This document shows, piece after piece, positions 59,567 through 64,000 of a DNA stretch of 64,000 nt (the first letter of the stretch is position 1; each line of letters opens with the position of its first letter). The stretch spans positions 64,001 to 128,000 of the forward strand of contig CAVUKB010000001.1 of the NCBI GenBank assembly GCA_963741955.1, in the 5' to 3' direction. The DNA is from an uncultured Acidobacteriota bacterium (lineage in GTDB: Bacteria; Acidobacteriota; Thermoanaerobaculia; Gp7-AA8). The notes beneath the pieces were generated by a model, which saw only the letters and a program-made list of their open reading frames with translations, did no database searches and was not told where the DNA came from. A program made the translations under genes and the position numbers.

Positions 59567-60409
59567 ATGCGGTACGCTCTGATCCGATTTCTCAACGCCC
59601 GTCCGCTCTGGTGGGGACTGACTCACCGTCCGGGGCAGGACGACCAGCTTCGCTTCACGTCTCCCGCGCTCTGTGCCGACCTCGTCGCGGACGGCGCGGT
59701 CGACCTCGGGTTGATTCCGGCGATCGAGCTCGCCCGGATCCCCGACGTGGTCGCGGTTCCCTCGATCTGCATCGGTTCGAGAACGGAAGTCCGGAGCGTT
59801 CTTCTCGTCTCTCGCGTTCCGTTCGAAGAGATCCGCTCGGTCGCGCTCGATCCGAGCTCGCGAACGTCCGTCGCGCTCACCCGGATCCTTCTCGCGGAGA
59901 AGCTGGGAGAGGAGACCTACCGCACGATCCGTTTTGATCCGAGCGAGCGAGGGCGTCTCCTCGCTCTCGAGGGTCACGATGCGGCGGTGGTCATCGGCGA
60001 CCCGGCGTTGCAGATCTCGCGGGATCCCGGCCCGTCGATCCGTTTTCGCTACGACCTCGTGTCGGAGTGGAACGCGTTGTTCGGTGATCCCTTCGTTTTC
60101 GCCCTCTGGGCGGGGCGCCGCGACTCCCTGGAGCGATTTCTGGCGGAAGAGGTGCATGAACGGCTTCTGGCGAGCCGTGCGTTCGGAATCTCACAGGAAG
60201 AAGTCATCGCGCGCGAAGCGTCGGAGGAGCTCGCTCTTCCGTACGAAGAGCTGCTGGATTACTTCCGCTCCGCTCTGCATTACGAATTCGGCGAAGACGA
60301 GCGCCGCGCGCTTGCGCGTTTTTACGACCTCGCGGCAAAATACGCCCTCATCGAGGGGAGGAAGGAGATCGAATGGCTGTTCGATCCGAAGAAGTCGCAG
60401 ACATCCTGA
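59567..60409 (+). CDS. mqnA: Chorismate dehydratase (futalosine pathway)
   Basis: FLNARPL, VRSV, SRTSVAL, VIGDPAL, DL..EW...PFVFALW; adjacent to mqnC. Confidence 0.88.
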   Translation: MRYALIRFLNARPLWWGLTHRPGQDDQLRFTSPALCADLVADGAVDLGLIPAIELARIPDVVAVPSICIGSRTEVRSVLLVSRVPFEEIRSVALDPSSRTSVALTRILLAEKLGEETYRTIRFDPSERGRLLALEGHDAAVVIGDPALQISRDPGPSIRFRYDLVSEWNALFGDPFVFALWAGRRDSLERFLAEEVHERLLASRAFGISQEEVIAREASEELALPYEELLDYFRSALHYEFGEDERRALARFYDLAAKYALIEGRKEIEWLFDPKKSQTS

Positions 60410-61503
60410 ACCGAGCGGTTGCGGGCGAGCGGATCACGGAGCCGGAGGCGGTGACGCTGTTGCGTGACGCCGATCTCCTCGAGCTCGGACAGGCGGCGAA
60501 TGCGATCCGGAATCGCCTCAATGATCCGTCGGTGGTCACTTACATCATCGACCGGAACATCAACTACACGAACGTCTGCGTCTACAAGTGCAAGTTCTGC
60601 GCGTTCTACCGGAAGCCTGGTGACCCGGAAGGGTATCTTCTCTCGAAGGACGAGCTGCGCAGGAAGATTCAGGAGACGGTGGACCTCGGCGGAACGGGAG
60701 TCCTTCTGCAGGGCGGCGTTCACCCCGAACTCCCGCTCGAGTACTACACCGATCTGATGTCGTGGATGCGGGAGGAGTTCCCCGACGTGCACCGGCACGC
60801 CTTCTCGCCTCCGGAGATCCTCTTCATCTCGCGCTTCACCAAACGGCCGCTGCGCGAAGTCATCTCGGCGCTCATCGACGCAGGGCTGCAGTCGATCCCC
60901 GGCGGGGGCGCGGAGATTCTGGTGGACAAGGTCCGCCTCGAGTCGCTGTCGTATCCGAAGGCGTCGACGGAAGGATGGCTCGACGTGATGCGGGTGGGAC
61001 ATGAGCTCGGCCTCCGCACCACCGCGACGATGATGTTCGGAATGGGTGAGACGGTCGAAGACCGCGTCGAGCACCTGCGCCGGATCCGCGATCTTCAGGA
61101 CGAGACGGGCGGGTTCACCGCATTCATCGCCTGGACATTCCAGAACGAGAACACCGAAATGCCCGACATCCCGGAAGAGAGCGGCTATTCCTATCTCCGG
61201 ATGCAGGCGGTGGCGAGGATCTATCTCGACAACGTCCGCTCGATCCAGTCGTCATGGGTGACCCAGGGGACGCGGCTCGGGCAGCTGGCGCTGAAGTTCG
61301 GCGCGAACGACATGGGCTCGATCATGATCGAGGAGAACGTCGTCGCGGCCGCCGGCGCGAAGAACCGCGTGACGACCGAAGAGATGAAGCAGCTGATCCG
61401 CGAAGCGGGCTACGAGCCGGTGCAGCGTCTGACGCTCTACCAGGGCTACGTCGACGAGGCGACCCACGCCCGGGTTCAGCGCGAGGCCGGCGCGGTCGGG
61501 TGA
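60373..61503 (+). CDS. mqnC: Cyclic dehypoxanthine futalosine synthase (radical SAM)
   Basis: VTYIIDRNINYTNVCVYKCKFCAFYR, LLQGG.HP, IPGGGAEIL, TATMMFG, IQSSWVTQG, EENVV. Confidence 0.92.
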   Translation: MAVRSEEVADILNRAVAGERITEPEAVTLLRDADLLELGQAANAIRNRLNDPSVVTYIIDRNINYTNVCVYKCKFCAFYRKPGDPEGYLLSKDELRRKIQETVDLGGTGVLLQGGVHPELPLEYYTDLMSWMREEFPDVHRHAFSPPEILFISRFTKRPLREVISALIDAGLQSIPGGGAEILVDKVRLESLSYPKASTEGWLDVMRVGHELGLRTTATMMFGMGETVEDRVEHLRRIRDLQDETGGFTAFIAWTFQNENTEMPDIPEESGYSYLRMQAVARIYLDNVRSIQSSWVTQGTRLGQLALKFGANDMGSIMIEENVVAAAGAKNRVTTEEMKQLIREAGYEPVQRLTLYQGYVDEATHARVQREAGAVG

Positions 61504-61777
61504 GCCCGTGGACGAGCGGCGAGTGGTGAGAGACGAGCGGTGAACGGCGAGTGGTGAGTGGCAACGGGAAGCTTCCTTTCCAGTAAACCGGGACCTTCCT
61601 TTACATCCGCTTCGGGCTTCGTCTCTCCTCCCCGACCCCTGGCCCCGAGCCTCGAGCCTCGAACCCGTCCCGGAATGAATTTGCCTTTCCCGGCATTTTC
61701 CCCGTAGAATCGCCCGCTCGCGTCTGTCGGACGCGGGAGGATTCTGACAACCTGCATCAGTCCATCACCGGACTGGA

Positions 61778-61829
61778 GCTCCTTGGGCCTCGTCGACACG
61801 AGGCTCCGCTAAGGCCAGAAGGAGGCACA
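61778..61829 (+). promoter_or_regulatory. rpsF leader (S6:S18-binding RNA motif)
   Basis: Hairpin ggcctcgt-cgac-acgaggct followed by an unpaired CCG (61806-61808); 5' CTCCTT can pair with the SD AAGGAG. Confidence 0.7.
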
Positions 61830-62363
61830 ATGAGGACCTACGAAGTCCTGGTCATTCTCTCTCCGCGTATGACGGAAGAGGAGATCAACAGCACCATCTC
61901 CGATCTCAAGGGAATCGCCGAGAGCACGGGTGCCACGCTCGCCACCGAGGAAGCGTGGGGCCGTCGCCGACTGGCGTACCCGATCAACAAAGTACAGGAC
62001 GGGACCTACCACCTGTTCGTTTTCGAGAGTGAGCAGGAGCTCGCCGAGCTCGACCGGCGCATGAAGAACATGGAGTCGGTGATCCGGCACATGATCGTGC
62101 GGACGGATCTCGAGCAGCGCCGCGCCGTGAAGCTCGCCAAGAAGCGGAAGCCGCGCCGTCCGGCGCCGGGAACCGCGCCTGCGGAGACCGCGACGCCCGC
62201 GCCTGCGGAAACGGCGACGCCCGCGCCTGCGGAAACGGCGACGCCCGCGCCTGCGGAGACCGCGACGCCCGCGCCTGCGGAAACGGCGACGCCCGCGCCT
62301 GCGGCCACGCCTGACGAGGCGCCCGCCTCGAAGCCTGCCGCCCCCGAAGCGGCGGCGGAATAA
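61830..62363 (+). CDS. rpsF: 30S ribosomal protein S6 with a repetitive C-terminal tail
   Basis: MRTYEVLVILSP...WGRRRLAYPINK...VIRHMIVR. Confidence 0.95.
   Translation: MRTYEVLVILSPRMTEEEINSTISDLKGIAESTGATLATEEAWGRRRLAYPINKVQDGTYHLFVFESEQELAELDRRMKNMESVIRHMIVRTDLEQRRAVKLAKKRKPRRPAPGTAPAETATPAPAETATPAPAETATPAPAETATPAPAETATPAPAATPDEAPASKPAAPEAAAE
62175..62304 (+). repeat. 24-bp coding tandem repeat (APAETATP) x5 plus a partial copy
   Basis: gcgcctgcggaRacSgcgacgccc repeated in frame. Confidence 0.92.
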
Positions 62364-62381
62364 GGAAAGGGGGAGAAAGAG

Positions 62382-62648
62382 ATGGCTGACGATCGTTCAT
62401 CAGGTCAGGGGCGTCGACCGGGAAAGAAGAAATTCTTCTACCGCCGGAAGCGCGTCTGCAAATTCTGCGTCGAAAAGATCGAGTACGTCGATTACAAGGA
62501 CATGAAGATGCTGCAGCAGTTCATCCCCGAGCGGGGAAAGATCCTGCCGCGGCGCATCTCCGGCACCTGCGCACTTCACCAGCGCAAGCTGCAGAACGCG
62601 ATCAAGCGCGCGCGGACGATGGCTCTGCTGCCGTTCGCAACCGACTGA
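62382..62648 (+). CDS. rpsR: 30S ribosomal protein S18
   Basis: CKFC...VDYKD...[17 protein letters not shown]...AIKRAR..ALLPF. Confidence 0.97.
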   Translation: MADDRSSGQGRRPGKKKFFYRRKRVCKFCVEKIEYVDYKDMKMLQQFIPERGKILPRRISGTCALHQRKLQNAIKRARTMALLPFATD

Positions 62649-62678
62649 CGCCGCGTGATCTGAGGAAAACGAAACGCG

Positions 62679-63680
62679 ATGATCGAGATCCGAGCCGGCA
62701 ATCCGCCGGTTTCCGCGACGGACGCCGGCGCCGCACGTGAGATGTGGAGCATCGTGCTCCACTCCCTCACCGCGGTGCTGATGTACGTCACGCCGTTCGC
62801 ACTCTTCGTGCCGGCGGTGTACATCCACGCCGCGCTGCGGCGGCGGCAGCGTGCCGCCGTGCTGTCGGTGATCGGATCGGCGGCGATGCTGATCGGAGCG
62901 TTCGCGTTCGGATCGGGCGGGGCGGTGAAGACGGACCAGATCGCGATGGTCGCGAGGCTGGTTCTGGAGATCGGAATTCCGTCTCTCGTCGCATCGCTGC
63001 TGATCGAGCGGGCGGTGAAGTTCGGGACCATTCTGATCGCGGCCACGGGAACCAGTGCCGCGGGAATCGTGGTCGGCGAGCTGCTCATGCGTGCGCTCTA
63101 CTCGTACTCGCCGTACGACGCGCTGATCGCGAATTTCCGGCAGGCGTCGACCGGGACGATCGAGCTGTGGCGCTCGGCCGGGATGGCGAGCGAGAGCCTC
63201 ACTGCGATGGCGCAGTTCTCCACAGCGATCGCGGGCGGCTACATGCAGTCGCTGGTGATCTCGATCTCGATCTTCACGTTCGTTTTCAGTCTGATCATGA
63301 TTCCGCGGCTCCGGGCGGGACGGATCACCGGTCCGACATATCTGTTCCGGAGTCTGGCGCTTCCCGACTGGGTCCTGCTGCTGTTCGTCGTTTCCGGACT
63401 CTCGCCGCTCGCGCACGGAGTGCTCCGTACGGTGGGATTCAACGTGCTGACGGTGGTTGCGGTGCTCTACTCACTCCAGGGGCTGGCGGTGTTCCGGATG
63501 CTTCTGGTCCGGAGCGGCGCAGGGCTTCTCGCCTCGTCGGCATTGTGGCTGGCCCTGATCGTTTTCTGCATCGCCGGAGTGGGGTTCTTCGTCCTCTTCG
63601 CCGGCGGCCTCTTTGATTCGTTCTTCGATTTCAGGCATCTGAACCGAAAGGAAGTTTCCGATGAAAGTAATTCTGACTGA
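62679..63680 (+). CDS. DUF2232/YybS family membrane protein
   Basis: Polytopic protein between rpsR and rplI; LQGLAV...GLFDSFFDFR signature. Confidence 0.8.
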   Translation: MIEIRAGNPPVSATDAGAAREMWSIVLHSLTAVLMYVTPFALFVPAVYIHAALRRRQRAAVLSVIGSAAMLIGAFAFGSGGAVKTDQIAMVARLVLEIGIPSLVASLLIERAVKFGTILIAATGTSAAGIVVGELLMRALYSYSPYDALIANFRQASTGTIELWRSAGMASESLTAMAQFSTAIAGGYMQSLVISISIFTFVFSLIMIPRLRAGRITGPTYLFRSLALPDWVLLLFVVSGLSPLAHGVLRTVGFNVLTVVAVLYSLQGLAVFRMLLVRSGAGLLASSALWLALIVFCIAGVGFFVLFAGGLFDSFFDFRHLNRKEVSDESNSD

Positions 63681-64000
63681 CGAGATCCATGGCCTCGGCA
63701 GCCGCGGCGAGATCGTGACCGTGAAAGACGGCTACGCCCGCAATTTCCTCTTCCCGAAGAATCTCGCGCGCGCAGCGACGGCCGGGAATCTCAAAGCGAT
63801 CGAGCAGGAGCGGAAGAAGTGGGATCTGCTCGCGCAGCAGGAGCGGGAAGCCGCACAGGCTGCAGCGGAGAAGGCGAACGGGCTGAAAGTCACGGTGCAG
63901 AAGCGCGCCGGTGAGAGCGGAACGCTGTTCGGCTCCGTCACCGCGAACGAGATCGCCGACGCTCTCGCTGCGAACGGCATCGAGGTCGACAAGCGACGCA
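63661..64000 (+). CDS. rplI: 50S ribosomal protein L9 (truncated by window end)
   Basis: MKVILTDEIHGLGSRGEIVTVKDGYARNFLFPK...GTLFGSVT. Confidence 0.96.
   Translation, partial: MKVILTDEIHGLGSRGEIVTVKDGYARNFLFPKNLARAATAGNLKAIEQERKKWDLLAQQEREAAQAAAEKANGLKVTVQKRAGESGTLFGSVTANEIADALAANGIEVDKRR

Overview
GC-rich bacterial chromosomal window; gene content and protein style suggest Acidobacteriota, possibly Thermoanaerobaculia (inference). It is mostly housekeeping genes: thrS-infC-rpmI-rplT-pheS (no pheT), HU/IHF, mreBCD-mrdA-rodA, ppiD, rarA, asnS, RNase J, uppP, hpt, a tRNA nucleotidyltransferase, three GT4 glycosyltransferases, yceD-rpmF-plsX-fabD-fabG, tRNA-Arg(UCG), tRNA-Thr(CGU), mqnA-mqnC and rpsF-rpsR-DUF2232-rplI. 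The intergenic DNA is unusually rich in repeats. The standout is a ~4.6 kb mosaic array (18845-23412) of 21 forward and 7 inverted copies of a CCCTCTCC...GGGGAGAGGG...GGGTGAGGGG palindromic module, with an intact-looking DUF559 (Vsr-like) endonuclease gene occupying one spacer slot; this is a candidate nuclease-plus-repeat system analogous to RAYT/REPIN. Other repeats are an 8 x ~204 bp hairpin-rich array, a 5-copy three-hairpin array whose period changes in steps of 7 bp, and many heptamer tracts at gene borders. Smaller points: an AUC-initiated infC, a 23-aa Lys/Ala peptide gene with its own promoter and terminator, a probable CC-adding enzyme, and recurrent leaderless-type promoters. No CRISPR array, integrase or transposase was seen. 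All family assignments are by eye from motifs, not from database searches.
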